A DNA stretch of 64,000 nucleotides from Eutreptiella sp. 'Long Island Sound 2002' (Eukaryota; Protista; Euglenida): NCBI GenBank assembly GCA_964036045.1, contig OZ038378.1, positions 158,906,001 to 158,970,000 on the forward strand, read 5' to 3'. The notes under the pieces are model-generated. The model saw only the letters and a list, made by a program, of their open reading frames with translations, was not told the origin of the DNA and searched no databases. The number at the start of each line of letters is the position of its first letter. The stretch's first letter is position 1. This document shows positions 18,879-32,500 of the stretch, piece after piece. The position numbers and the translations under genes are program-made.

Positions 18879-21800
18879 AAGTGCAGTGCAGCCGCCGAGT
18901 CTAACTTTAGGTGCCCCATTCCAAAGTGCGGGCATGACGTGCCAGAGTTGCTCCCCTTGAAGTAAACGTGTGGCCCCAGAGGCCGGGTTTTCGCAGGTTT
19001 TTGGGCTCCCCACTCGTCCGCTTTGGTTGCACTCCACATCTGATGCAGGCCTGCCAGGGGCTTCCAGTGTGCTGGACTGGGATGAGCTGAGGTTTTGTTT
19101 TGGGGGGTTTTTCTCTAACCATCGGAGGCCAGTTGTTTTCAGGCGGGTTTGTTTCGCAGGTTTGGGGTCACGGCGGCGCAGATACAAATGCAGACCGGGT
19201 TGGGAAACAAGAAAGAAATGTCAAGTGTGCAGGTTTTTAGTGGCGGGCGGGGGCTCTGGTGATGATTCAGGTTCTTGTCCACAACCGAAGGAGAACAATT
19301 TCAATGGCGGCTTCTGTTGCATGTGCACAGTGCAGCTACCCCCAACATCACATCAAGTGTACATCACTAACCCTTGAAGGTTATCACCAGCTCCCAGGGA
19401 GCATGACCCAGTGGGTGGTGTTGGGCGTCTTCAGGGCTCAGTGTTGCAGGTACAGCTGGGGCCAAAGGGGGGGGCAGGGTTTGGTAGAGTTATGCGCCTT
19501 CCCTGTTATGGCAGATCTTGTACAGCCCATCTTCAATTTCGTGCCCAAATATTGAGCATCGCCATGGTGCAGTCTTTGTGGAAACACGATGCAGGTGCAT
19601 TATAAGATAAACAATAAAATACAACAACAACAACAACATTCAACACGATTGTGTTTTAAACACAATGCGAATTTTTTTCGGTGGATTGTGTGAGAAACTA
19701 GGGGCAGGGGGGGTCCATTATGTGCAAGCTGTTGCTTTGACTGAGGCTGGTTGTATACCAGGCTGATACCATGCAACACGGCACCAGGCTCGAACGATAA
19801 CAACACTCATTGTTCTGTGAGTTCTGCTGTCATTTTGTCTGCATTGTATGACTATCCCATTTTTATATATATACAAACATTGAATATTGGATATTATGCC
19901 TCATCGAGCATGCAGAATACAGTAGTGGTCATGTTGAGGTTCATGTATATCTGCTGCAAATCTCAGGTGTTTGCCTGCAGGCATGGTAATGTCATTCCCC
20001 ATGAATTACGGCAAAATGCTAATGTGTTTGATTTCCTCCTGGCACAAATGCATGGAAATGGGGTGCCATTTTCACACCACCCTCACATAACGGTACGCTG
20101 TCTACAGCTGAAAACCTTCCAGAAATGTCGTTGTGACAGGGGATTTGCCATCTATGGAATGTTGAGGGTGCTGTGCCTGCAATATCGCCAATCAGTTTTA
20201 GCGTCTGTTTGTTGTGTTGACAAAGCATACCAGTGCTCCCTTTTCTGTCTTGATTGCAGGCCACGTTTATAAGAATTAAGCCGCAAATGGCGGGGCGAGG
20301 GGTCTGGGTGGGTGGGTCAAAGGCTCTGAACCTCCCCCCCATATAATTCCGAGGGGTTCCTGGTTTGGGCTCCTGCCACACCTGCTTTCTTTGTTTACAG
20401 AAGCCTTGCCTGGCTGTTTCTTTGCTGAATGCTGGGTCTACAATTTTTTACTCTATGTGTATGCCCAAAATGCTCGGAAGTAAATAGAGAATACAAAAAT
20501 GATCGCAAAACAGTGGTTGGGACTTTTTTTCTGGACGTCATATGCAGGGTTTGAATGATCTGTTGCAAAGTGTTGTCAGTAGCTCAGTTGGTTAAATTCC
20601 TGGGTGCACTATGCAAGGTCATTGCTTCAATATCTGGTGTACACATTTTTTTGTCTGTCAGTGGTCTCTGTTTTTTCCATTTTTCCACATGCTTCATGAT
20701 GACTTGACTTACAAACAATGCTCCCCACAGAATTATAAGATGGGGGGGTGGATCCAAAGTCGGGTGGTTGGGTCTCGTCCAACCCGCCCCCTCTCTTTTG
20801 TAAACGTCGCATGGTTGATTGACAGGCTTCGAAACATTTGGTGCCACGAATTGAAACACTTGCATCAGTGTAATGTTTTTCAGAATGTTCAATTGCGTTC
20901 TTGTTTTCGAAGAAGTATTGGTTGACCTACCAAGTTTGGCAAGCAATATAGTAAGCAAGCAGCTATATCAGCTTTTTTTTTTTTGCGCGGCGGTACTCCC
21001 GCCTGAGTTCACATGTAATTTTACACAATGTGTGACAGTGGCATGAATAGTGGTGACCCAGGGGATCTAAGGAAATCCATTTTTACAGAAAAAAACGGAA
21101 AACATACAAAGTAAGATAAAAAAGCACGCATGTGCGAAATGGGCGAAACACAGGTTTCCATCGGGGTTTTCCGGATTCGGCCCAAATTTTAGATGATGCT
21201 AGCTATGGGTGTGAAGTACAATCACACAACCTTTGAGCAAGAAGCTCCACGTTGGAGACCTAGTACGGGCATTGCAAGTTCAGGACCTAGGTTTCAAAAT
21301 TTGTCAAGGAGAACCAAAAACACTGCTTTATTTTGGGTAATCTTGGGTGCCCAGCATGTCTTTGGGAGGGGGGGGGGCATCTGCAGTGTAAATGACCATT
21401 TTTTCATTCATATGAGTTTTCTTTTCTCCCTGTGCATCAGTGCACCTATCCCCATGCACTTTGTTTGCCTCGGCATTCTATTGTGCACCCGGACCCCCCC
21501 CCTAGGCCTATGGTGCATCAGTGCAGTGCTTTCAGCACCCTGGGTATGGGACTGTGTACGATAGCTGTCTGTCTTTGGTGAACTTCGGCTCGCCATGAAC
21601 GCTCTGCCCGTGGTCAGGCCGCTTTGGTGCAATGCTTTCGGCGGGGGACCGCCATGCCTTAAAAAAAAATGTAAATGACCAAGATGCTGAACAACCATTT
21701 TTGATACTATGTGGTGGGTTTGCACCCAAGTATTGGGTAGCAACAACCTCGTTCTGGCCCCTAAATGCGGCTCACTTAGCTTCAAAAAGCAACTTTTTTG

Positions 21801-23918
21801 CATATTTTGTTAAAATCATTCTTGCTCGCACCGTGCTTGACTGCCATGGATTGCAATGGGAACTTTCCATTGGGACCATCCGCGTGCACAACGTGCTTGT
21901 GCTAAGGTAGGTTGAAAGGGGTCACATGTGGTTCCGGAAGTGGTGAAAAACGATTTCCAAAGTTGTTCCTAGCCCACATAGCACATTCAAAATATTGCCC
22001 CATGCAACCATACAAACACGCACTTTTGGGACTGCCCCTGCGGAAAATGGGTCTGGTGGGTATCAGAAGGGGATTGACACTAGAGCGTGCGAAGCGATCG
22101 AGGGGAGTTTTGAGGTAGGCTTTAAAGAGGTAGGGGAGGGGGTGCTAGTCCGGCATGTGTGCCGGTGCTAATTGTAGCAGTTCAGAGGTCTAATATTGTA
22201 GCAGTTCACAGATCTAAATCAGGTAAATTATGATCTCGATTTTCGTTTGCAGTTTTTACAGCTTGAAACACACCACACTTCGAAACACGCAACACCATAT
22301 TTTGCATCGTTCTACATGCATTGTCATGGGTGTTGTTTTATTCATATAGTTGGCAAAATTTTGGGGCAATAATGTTGCCCAATGTTATTTGGAGACTATT
22401 GTTACTCAATTGGGAAAAGAAAATGCGCAAATACCAGCAATTGGTCCCAATTTTGTACATGTCATTGAACCAAGAGGTTTATATATGGCACCAACTTTGA
22501 TATGTCCTACACAAATATTTGTCGTGCACATTGCAACAAGAAGGAGATCGGCTGTTTGCTACGGCATGCAATCTTATAACACACTATGTGGTTGTTTATG
22601 TGTTTTTTTGTCATTGTTGCCATGATCTCTGTGGACCACATGCGGCTCAGAAGGTAGTGCCAGCTTTGCTGGCAATGATGTTGTAAGACACTGTGGTGGA
22701 CTTAGGGCTGGCGCTGGTTACGCTATGCAAGGGTGATTAGGCACTATGCAATGCTCGTATGGGGCTATGCAATGCTGCTTGCGGACTGTAGAGTGGTCTC
22801 TTTCAGCGTGTCGCCCCGTGCTCTTTCGTGCGTTATATCCTGGTCGGTCAGTGTTGAGAACACAGCACTTGTAGCATTGCAGCTCATTTACAATTTGGAT
22901 CATGTTGTATTTTGCGAGTTGTTTCTAAGTTTTGTGCTCCATGAATGGGGTTGTCTGCACTCTATGATTGTTGGACAACCATTGAGCATGTGTTTGTTTT
23001 TCGTGCAAGTGTGCCAAAGGAGTTAAATGGTCAAGAGTGGACAACTTTTGTGGGTAAGGTGAGCATGAGAATAGAGCAATAAAACCAAACTAAAATAAAA
23101 GTGGGCTATACAAGGTTGTGCATGACAATACAGTAGCAATAAAACAAAAGCAAAAGTTGTAAGATGGGAAAAAAACTCGATTAAGGAAACAAATCAACTC
23201 ACATAGGAAACGGGTTGTTAAATACAAGCAAGCCAGATGCAGTGGCCCAAATTGTAATCTTGGTAAAAAATTTATCTTTATAAACTTTTTGTTAAAAAGT
23301 TGATCGGGTTTTTTGTGCTCTCTCCTCAATTCATACTGTGTGTTTTTAATGTTCGAAAAATTTTGAGCACGGGTTTTATATTTTATGTGCAGCATAGTGA
23401 GGCCCCATGGCCTTCCTTCGGGTATAGGACCGTTGCAAACGACAATCTATACTAGATGGTGATGTTTGTGTTGGATAGGCATCGTGGGCATTAATAGTAG
23501 ACAAATGTTTTTAAGATATCACCTACACTTATCACCGGTTGGGTCTTGTGAGCATAAGCAATAGAACTGTTTGAAAGGTGTTTGTGAAAACGATAACCAA
23601 AAAAATAATATTTTTCTAAACACCAGTCATGGAGAAAAAGAAAATAACAAAAACCAATTAATTAAGCATAACCACGAAAATTATTTTGACAGGCCAAATC
23701 CATAATAGGGTACATTGTAGCCACAGAACAAATAGACAAAAATCACAACATAAAACAAAGGTTTTTTTGGAATTTAAAGTTTGAGTTTTTTAATGTGCAA
23801 CACTTCGAAAACCAAAATTGTTTAATCCGAAGGCCAATTTAACAAATTTTATTTTGGGTTTAGCTCGGAAGTACAGTTTTTTTATGGTTGCAGTAACAAC
23901 CTCTTTGGTTAGTTTACC

Positions 23919-24650
23919 TTAGTCGCTGCGGCGAAAAAGTGTAGTTGAAGTAGTTGTAGCATCATCATCCGTACCTCCCAAAGGAGAGCCAAATGGAAAC
24001 AGTATTCTTAAAGTACGAAAGGCAGCCATCACTTCTTTCAAGTCCACGCGACACAGCAACAATAAACGACACCACAAAGTGTGAAAAAGTCGAGTTCGCA
24101 TTTCAGCCGGTACGATAGACAGTTTTGTAGTTCTCACGTCAGGGCCATTATATCCATTGTACTGGAAGGTCAAAAAATCAGAAAGTTGAAAAACCGACCA
24201 GGCAGGAACGTCGCATATCTCTCGCGATCACGGCAACCGATCTCAGACTTTTAGACTCGTCAGCCGCTAGCTCCAGAGGCAAACTTTGCCGCAATAACAG
24301 CTTGCCAGACTGGATTTCTAACTGAGACTGCGCAGGCAGTTGAACACAGGTGTGTTTGACAATAAGTCCGCAGTGGCAGAGTAGGGTTTGGGCAAAGGTA
24401 GGAAACCAATTCGCCTGCGGCAACAACACTCTGTTTTGGCATGCCTTTTTATCAAGTGGTCAACAATAAAGTGGTACTGTGGATTCACGGTACATGACCG
24501 CAACGGATCCCCAACAAAGCCGGTTGCCTCCTTTGAATAAGGATGCTACCAATACGAAAAAGGGTGTGCCGGCTATGGCTTTTAGCAAAAGAGCGACATC
24601 GGGTTTGTTGCAAAGGGGTTGGGCATTGGGAGGAGAAAGCACAGCCACCC
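23919..24650 (-). pseudogene. Possible degraded ORF in several frames next to an AT-rich tract; product unknown
   Basis: Overlapping protein-like minus-strand ORFs 24460-24648, 24318-24503, 24178-24429 and 23919-24173; no recognisable motif. Confidence 0.25.
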
Positions 24651-25526
24651 GGGTGGCCCTTTGAATCCCATGTGTGCCTCGTTGGATTTTTGCGTTGGAT
24701 GGCTCGATGTGGAGGTTAATGTGGCCAATGGACCCACCCTTTTAAGCGGTGTCCTCAAAAACCACCATCTAGCAAATAGTGGCCTCGATTAGAGTAGTTT
24801 GCGCTTGGTGCATTTGTTCAAGGCGTCACGAAGGTACAAGACCAAACTACCCAACTCAAACATGCAACACGAACCACAAGGGATTGTGATTCGTGAGTTA
24901 ATTAGTGAGGAGTTGGGATGTCACAAACAAAGTAGTCAAGCATTGGTTGTCACAACAACCATCATTCTCCGCTATTCCAACTTACAATCCCGCATGCAAC
25001 ATTGAACACACAAACAAACGGTTGCAAATGGATACCAATGCACAATGCATTTGAAGACAAGCTTATGACGACGTGTGTATACTCTCATCCGTGGAGCGGG
25101 GCATCAAAGCATTTGAGCCATAAAACATTTGCAATGGATATGATGAGAAATTTGCGGAAAGGATGGGCCCATCGGACCTTCCATGTGTTTCACGGTTTGG
25201 AAAATGACAAAAGACTCTTGTGCGCCGCATGTCTCTTCAAACGACCACATTACTTGCCGTTTTGAAGCTTGATTCCACTTTGCTACAAACAATGGTACGA
25301 ATTTAGGATTGGGACGTGTCAATGGATTCCGGTGCTAGCAGCATGGGTTCCTATCCGAAAGTGGTGGGAACCATCGTACTTGTGCACAAAACAACGGTTC
25401 GGGCCCATTTTTTTTAGCAATTATGCATTTGCCGTCTGCATTGGGGCTCGTGAAGTGCTTACCATTTGTCTGACCACGTTGTTTGCCCCTTCCCTTCTTC
25501 CGCTGTATCCCTTGGGGGTGCCCACG

Positions 25527-26917
25527 GTCGCAAGCGGTCGCAGGCGGTCGCAAGCGCTTGAGATGCCCTTTTTTGGCCAAAAACCCCCTTTTGAGGGCTC
25601 CACGCATTTGTACTGCGGCTTGTGACCCGTGTACCCACATATTTTCTTGTGCTCTTTGCCATGAAAGTAGTTTTCACCACATTTTTATTTTAACCGAAAA
25701 AAACGGTTTTGTACCCGAATGTAACATTGCATAGGTAGATGACGTCATGAGTATGAAAAAAAGTGACGATGGGGTCTAAAGGACCAAATTTTGTTGCCGC
25801 GGCAAATCGCTTCCTATTCCCATTATTGATGTCCGTCGTCGTGCACGTGAGGCCCAAAAAGTATTTCGTGACTTTGAGCTTGAGAAACCGGGTGGTGGCG
25901 CGCCATCAGCATGTGTTTTTATCCTTGGAGCTTGGTCTACTTGTTAGAGTACTAGACGAGCAATCGTCAAGTCCCGGGTTCGATTCCTAGTTGAGTCGAA
26001 ACTCCGCAGATAGTCGGTGCACTATAGCTGACCGATAGCCACCTGTCCCTTGTGGCGATTACCCGGACAGTATAATCCGCAACTTGCATACTATGGGGTC
26101 AGGGCCCTACACGATACCCTGGCAGGCGAGGAGAGAGAGCGAGGCGAAGAAAGCGACCAAGCAAGGAAGGGGATTTCAACACACTGGGGGCAGTGGCAGA
26201 GCTTGAGAAACCGGGTGGTGCCGCGCCATCAGCATGTGTTTTTATCCTTGGAGCTTGGTCTACTTGTTAGAGTACTAGACGAGCAATCGTCAAGTCCCGG
26301 GTTCGATTCCTAGTTGAGTCGAAACTCCGCAGATAGTCGGTGTTCATGCAAAAGCTTGGCGCAAAAATGGGTATCCTCCAGTGGCTTCACAATTTGATGT
26401 GCCACCGGTGGTTGCCCGCGTCTTGCGTTCTTTTCATAGCCATCGTCTAGCACCCGAGGAAGATGGATACAATGACCACTAGGCCGTCTCAAGGTTGCCG
26501 GCGTTGCAAGGCATCTTGAATGTTCGAAAAGATAGGAATGAGTGCACGCGCAATGCCCTACAAAAGGCGGCCAAACAAAAGGGGCAAGCGACAGATCCAA
26601 TGGAAGCTAACAAGGTGCATGTTCATCGTGCCAGGTGGCAAAAGGCCAAGGCTCCCTGCATCCAACCACTTGAGTTGACAATGAGGCAGGCAACAAGCCA
26701 TTGGCAATGCTACTATTTAGTGCAAGAGACAAGTGTGATATGTCTTTCCTTCAATGGGTTAATGCATTGCACACTTGGAGGGACGGAGGGAGGGAGGCCG
26801 GGCGGGTTGGAGGGATTGGGGGAGTGAGTGTATGGGTAATGCCATCTGTAGACGTGTACGAAAATTTTCTTAAGCGGTCGCAGGCAGTCGCAGGCGGTCG
26901 CAGGCAGTCGCAGGCGG
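25527..26917 (+). repeat. Two short arrays of a 10-bp unit GGTCGCAGGC (about 25527-25557 and 26872-26917)
   Basis: Directly visible tandem units, each adjacent to one arm of GGGGGTGCCCAC / GTGGGCACCCCC. Confidence 0.7.
25876..26342 (+). repeat. 144-bp direct repeats (25876-26019, 26199-26342; 1 mismatch), each containing a tRNA-like sequence
   Basis: A-box-like TGGTCTACTTGTTAG and B-box CCCGGGTTCGATTCC. The anticodon arm is non-canonical, so this is a pseudo-tRNA or SINE-like head. Confidence 0.75.
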
Positions 26918-28533
26918 TGGGCACCCCCCTTAAATGGCTCACCCTCCCCTTCTCACAGTATGCCACATTGAGGCATTTGCGTTGGTTCATGTAGTCTTAC
27001 CACGGAAATGGGTTTCGGGGCTCCGGTTGTTAGTGCGTTGCTTTGCGGCAATGTAGGAGGAGTGGGGTTCTAACGCGGATGCCTTGCGGCACACACCCCC
27101 AAGTTCCGGCGCTGGGTATCAACAGGAATAATGTTCAAGAAGCACTATTACGTATTGGCCGTCCCAGTACTTGCATCGAAGTCTTGGCCATGTTTCGTGA
27201 GATGGGATGTTTGGACTTGTAATTTTAGGGGGTGCATGCACCAACTAAGCCCAAGCACATCCGATGCGTAAAAGCGTGACCCATAGTTTTCCCATTGCGG
27301 TATTCTCACGGATGGGTGGAGCGGAAACATTCACAATGCAGTGACTCATTTTGTGGCCGAGGTACGACACAAACATGCAAACACGAACACAAGTTGCCAA
27401 AAATTCATGGAATTGGATGGAGACTGCACGCATGGGCATGCTACCCACCTAGAGATGGACTGTGTGAGTGTATAGTTTTTTGCGCTTCTCGTGAGCAATT
27501 GTTATTGACTGACGAGTTTGTGCTAGTGTTGAGCGTGCTCTTGTAAGTTGGACACCGGTAATGGCCGTCATTTATCGGATTCCAGCCCTTGCACCCCAGG
27601 GAGCTAAAGGAGGCCTCACATTCGGGCCTGACGGCCTTTGCTCTCACGATTAAGTGCTAGATAAAGTTTGAAAGGCACGGGTTTGTGGTGACTGAGCGAT
27701 AGATGATATGCTACCTCCTGCCCAGGACTATAATGTCCGAGGATGTTCACGCCGATGACTTTGGATTCACGGGCCGTTTGGTTGGTTCGAGTTTGGGAAG
27801 CGGCGGTGCGTTCTTATTCGTTCAGCCTTTCATCGGGGTTCAAGGACTCATGACCAAGGAGGCAGTCTCTGTGGCCTATCCGAAAACCCTCAAAAAGGCC
27901 TTTATTTCGACACTTCAGAAGGAAGTTAGCATCAGTGGTGGGGGTATGTCGTCTATGCTCTTCAAATGCTTGGTGGTCCTGGAGCACTCTCGCTCTCTCA
28001 CTAGTGCGCAAGGGTTGGTCGAGATATGTTAGGCGGGCGCAGACCACAGGCGTGCATCACACCAATCGGTGTGTACTCATGTGGTTTCCCACTTCAATTT
28101 TATAATTTCCATATGCTTTTCCCACTTGACAATCTATGTGTTCGAGCACATGGCATAGCGCGAGATGGGCGTTTGGTACAACGACGACGCAGAGCGGCAA
28201 GAGGGTTTTCTCAGGTTTTCTTAAACGACACCCGGGAAGTCTGTTTGCATAACCTAGGTGCCTACGTGTGTTAGGTTGCACGCCCTTTCAGTGAGCTAGC
28301 ATCACACAGATGTGCAGATCTAGCTTGCCGCTTGTGGTGCTAATGGTTGGTGCCGTTTGTCCCACATATGCATTTTAAGATTGTGAGGGCATATTTTGGG
28401 GTGTCATCGGCGTTCCAGAGCGCATGAGGGCGCGCATGAGGGCACCGCCACACAGTATTGGGGATGCCATCGACTCCGCACACACATTTTGCATTCATGA
28501 GGGCATGGAAAACATGGTTTGTGGTCAAATGCA

Positions 28534-28602
28534 TTGTATCCCGTGGCATAGGCACGGATACCTCCCTCCGGTCGGTATCTGTGCCTATGCCACGGGATAC
28601 AA
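28534..28602. repeat. 69-bp near-perfect inverted repeat (29-bp arms, 1 mismatch, 11-nt spacer)
   Basis: TTGTATCCCGTGGCATAGGCACGGATACC / GGTATCTGTGCCTATGCCACGGGATACAA, with a third partial arm following. Confidence 0.9.
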
Positions 28603-29582
28603 GCAGATATCCGTGGCACAGGCACAATTATTGTATAGAAGGCACAACGTTGCATGAGTTGCGTGCACCCTCGCACGTCTTACAGGCGTTTGGGGTGCCA
28701 AGGACCTGGCGCGCACCCTTTTCCGCGGCTGCATGCCAGACTTCAAAATGTTCTGGGGCATGACCTCCTTGGCCATTGCTGGTCACTACACAATCCTTGC
28801 CAATGTTCCTCGCTCATACCGCAACGATGGACCTTTTGCAGGTATGATGTGTTGTGCAGTGACGAATGCTGCGCAACGCCGAGTCAAGGATGGGTCGGAG
28901 GTGCCCTGATTCCCAGTTTTCTGTTTCGGGGGGGGGGGGGGGGGGCGAATGCGGTGCCCGTAGTTTGACGCATTCCCCTTGAAACGTCGAGCTGTCCATA
29001 CTGCTGCTTGTTGGACTGCCTGGCCATTGTCTGCGGATCGCAATGCGAACATACTGATAGCCTCGCCGAGCGCCTGTTTGTATGGCAGTCGAGTATCAAT
29101 GAAAAAGTGTGGGGCACAAGTGCGGACAATTTCGCCTGTCGTTGACCCCTTGCACCCCAAGAACGACCGCCTGCATACAGCAGATCCAATTGTGGGTTGA
29201 GGGAATGTGTGTGGGTTGCACTGCTGATGGAGAATGCCCGGGCGACCTCCGAGCTCCGGCGCACATTTAGATTTGAGTGCCCCTCATCCCGCGCTGCCGA
29301 TGGAGGGAGGGCATGGTGGGGCGTGCACCAGGGGTCATCGACTTTGGGATTGGTGGACATCATGATGGTTTGGGCAAACCCCCCGGTTTTTTCCAAGCCC
29401 CCGAAACTAGTGAAAACGGACATTATGCGCATCAACAAAACCCCCCCTTTTTTTCGCAGCTAACAGCTAGGTGGCGGTGTTGACAATGGTAAACCCTTAA
29501 TAGGCGACCCTACTTGTACCCTTGTATCTTCCTTTGCATCATGTTGCATATGCATTTCAGTTCTGCAATTCACCTTAGTTCA

Positions 29583-32500
29583 ATGAATCATAATGAATTG
29601 CACTCTTTTCTTGTTGGGGACATACGTTGCCGCGCTATTGCATGCAAGTACAATGTGGACTCCTTGGATGTTTTTGGGGCTCGCATGGGTCTGGCCACAT
29701 CATCCCTCTTGTTGGCCGCTGGTGCTGCGTCAGGCACCCTCCCCCTTACACAATTTGGTCTCCTCCGTGGGCTGTGTATTGGTAGTGCAGCTGCAGGCCT
29801 TTGGGGTGCTGCACAAGGCACGGCTATTATTTCAGTCCAAGACGTTCCGAGGGTATTGAAGTGGAACGACCTCAAAGTGACACAACAGCAAGTACGATGG
29901 TGCGATACGATGCAAACCATCACAGCGGAATTGACGGCCACCCATGATGAGGGCATTTATGTGATGCATGTGCTGCAGTACGGCGATCAGTGCGTTGCAT
30001 TTGGTCGTCACCATGGGAATACGTTCTACATTGACGTGCACGGGTCCAAGCGTCTTCCCCGGCCCGGGGTCTTCTTGGTGCACTTCAAGTGTATTGGGGA
30101 CCTTGTGAACCATGGCATCAAGGCTGACGCAAAGGAACGTGCCGCCTATTGTCGTTGTGGGCAAGATGGTTGTACGAAGTGTGCCTTCATGCTTCACACA
30201 TGCAAGTTCCGCATGCCCGTCAGTGTGTTGGACGTTGGTCGCACCATTCTGCGAGATGTCACTGCCCAGCAAATTTGGGCTGCAGTCAAAGAGATGTATC
30301 CGTTGCGGCCCCCCAAACACGTCGTTACGACTGTTGATGATGTCGACTCTTTATTGGCGACTCTACATGTCGGTGCCATTGACTCATATTGGGTTGGCAT
30401 CATGAATGAGCGCAATGCCACTGCAGCCCAGGATGCCAACCGGACTGAGTACAATTGTGTATGTGGGCGTCCATTGCGTGTGCAGGCTGTGCCGGGCAAT
30501 GGCCGGTACACGGCCCATTGTGAGCAGAGTACTGCCCACAAGGCATACGTCTCCACCGGCCATAAATGGGTGGACAACCGTGGGCGGAAGAAGACAACTA
30601 CACCTACGAAGACGGGCAGCTCCAAGGCCACATCCATCAAGGTGTTCTGCAGCCCCCCCAAGACGGCCACCACCAATATTGAATCTGGACTACAAGCGCC
30701 ATCGGAATCATCGGAATCATCCGTCAAAAACACAGGTGCCATCTGTTGTGTCCACACTGTGCATGTATTGCTTGTAGTTTTGCTTTGTCCGGTGCATCAT
30801 GTGCGTTTACACATGTTACTGGGTCCATGTGTTCATGCTTATGCTTTCATGTATGAGGTGAAATACTGTCCCCCCTCTCCCTTTGTGCATGTATTGCTTG
30901 TAGTTTGGCTTTGTCCGATGCACCACGTGCGCTTACACATGTTATTGGGTCCATGTGTTCATGCTTATGTTTTCATGTGCGAGGTGAAACACTGTCACGG
31001 CCTCCCCCTTTGTGTCCCATTTGTAGGCCAGAGCGTTATCCATGAAGCTAATTTGGTGCCCCTTGAGGAGGAGCGTGAAATGGCTATGGAGGCTGCGAGC
31101 CACTCACCTATGCAAGTAGCAGCACTTGCAGGTACACCAGCCCTTGTGCACGGGGAGGCAACGGGGCCAGGGGGGTGGTGCGGTCCGAATTTCTGCTGTT
31201 GTGCACTGTGCTTTTCTGTGCTGTGCTGTGCTGTGCCGCGCGTTGTGCTGTTGTGTGCTGTGCTGCGCGTTGCGCTCCCATCTCACAGTTACCCCACAAC
31301 GACAACCACATCAATATTGCTGGGTGCGGCCGCAAAATATGACGCCACAGCAATTTGTCGCCAGCTACCCATACTATCGCCATGCAGATGGCAAGCTCCA
31401 ACCTGGTTATCTGGCATCTACAACTGGTATTGCGTCCACGACGTGCATTGGCCGGGGTACAGATGGAGCTCCCTGTTCGAAATGTGCAGCCGTCCTGGAG
31501 TCTCCAGATTTCAAAAGAGTCATGCAGGTGTCTGTTGCTTTGCTGCGGGACAGTCAGGACAGTCGGGACAGTCACAGGACAGTCGGGACAGTCACAGTTA
31601 CAGTGACATTGTACTGACAGTGACCGTGCCAGTCACACCCCCCCCCCCCCCAGACCTTCAGCAGTGCAGAAATACGGGACCATGATCGGAGAGAGTGCTG
31701 GGGTAGGATAAAGACCATAGGGCCCAGACTCCATCACCGTGAGCGGTGTGAAGGAACGCTGTCACACGTGAGCATGGCGTGGTGCATACAGGGTCAGGTC
31801 CGCAGGAGCCGCCTGACCCACATGCTTGCTCCCTGTCTGAAAGCGAATGAGGCTGGTCTGCCTACATGGCAGTGCAGTGCCTCATTCTGTCATCAGGCCT
31901 GAAGGACTATGGGCATCTGCTGGCGCTGTCTTCCTACAAACAGGCGCAATCGTGTATGTCTGTATTGTGTGCGCATGCGTGGGTGTCTGTATGTTTGCTC
32001 AGGGTCCCCCTGCAAGGGGGGGCTCGTCAGGTAGGGAGGTATACCCCTTAAACCCCTCCCCTCTGCTCTCGACCCCTTCCCCGACTGTCTGCCAATGCCA
32101 CACCAACCATCCCCATCAAAAATCAGTTAAACACAAGGGGGCCACTGACAGCACCGCTTTCGGAAATTTTATTTTTCATTTTTGGTGAACGCTTTCTTGT
32201 CTGTTAAACGGTGCTGTCTGATGGCGGGGTGCCTGGGTAGGCAGGCTTGCCTTCACTGCCCTACAGGGGGGGGAGGAGAGGACACCCAGGCACCCAAGGG
32301 GTCACAGAGAGCAGGGTGGGATGTAAAAATAAAAACCTGTAAGTTCCTCTCCACCCTCCCCGCCTGGGCGGCCCACTTGGGCCACCCCCTCCCGGCTTCG
32401 GCTTCCACACATTTTTTGGACTTTAACAGGTTAGGGATGTTGCAGACAATAAAATTTTCTGTGATCTGCCCTGGTGCCTCAACAGCCCCTGCACTGCACT

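Noticed and set aside
25930-26000. Functional tRNA gene
   Set aside because: The anticodon arm gives a 4-6-nt loop without U33, and the acceptor and T stems have mismatches; kept only as tRNA-like.
29514-31685. The 723-aa ORF as a single protein
   Set aside because: It reads through a 291-bp in-frame intron containing a tandem duplication and then through microsatellite. The spliced model explains the coding parts better.
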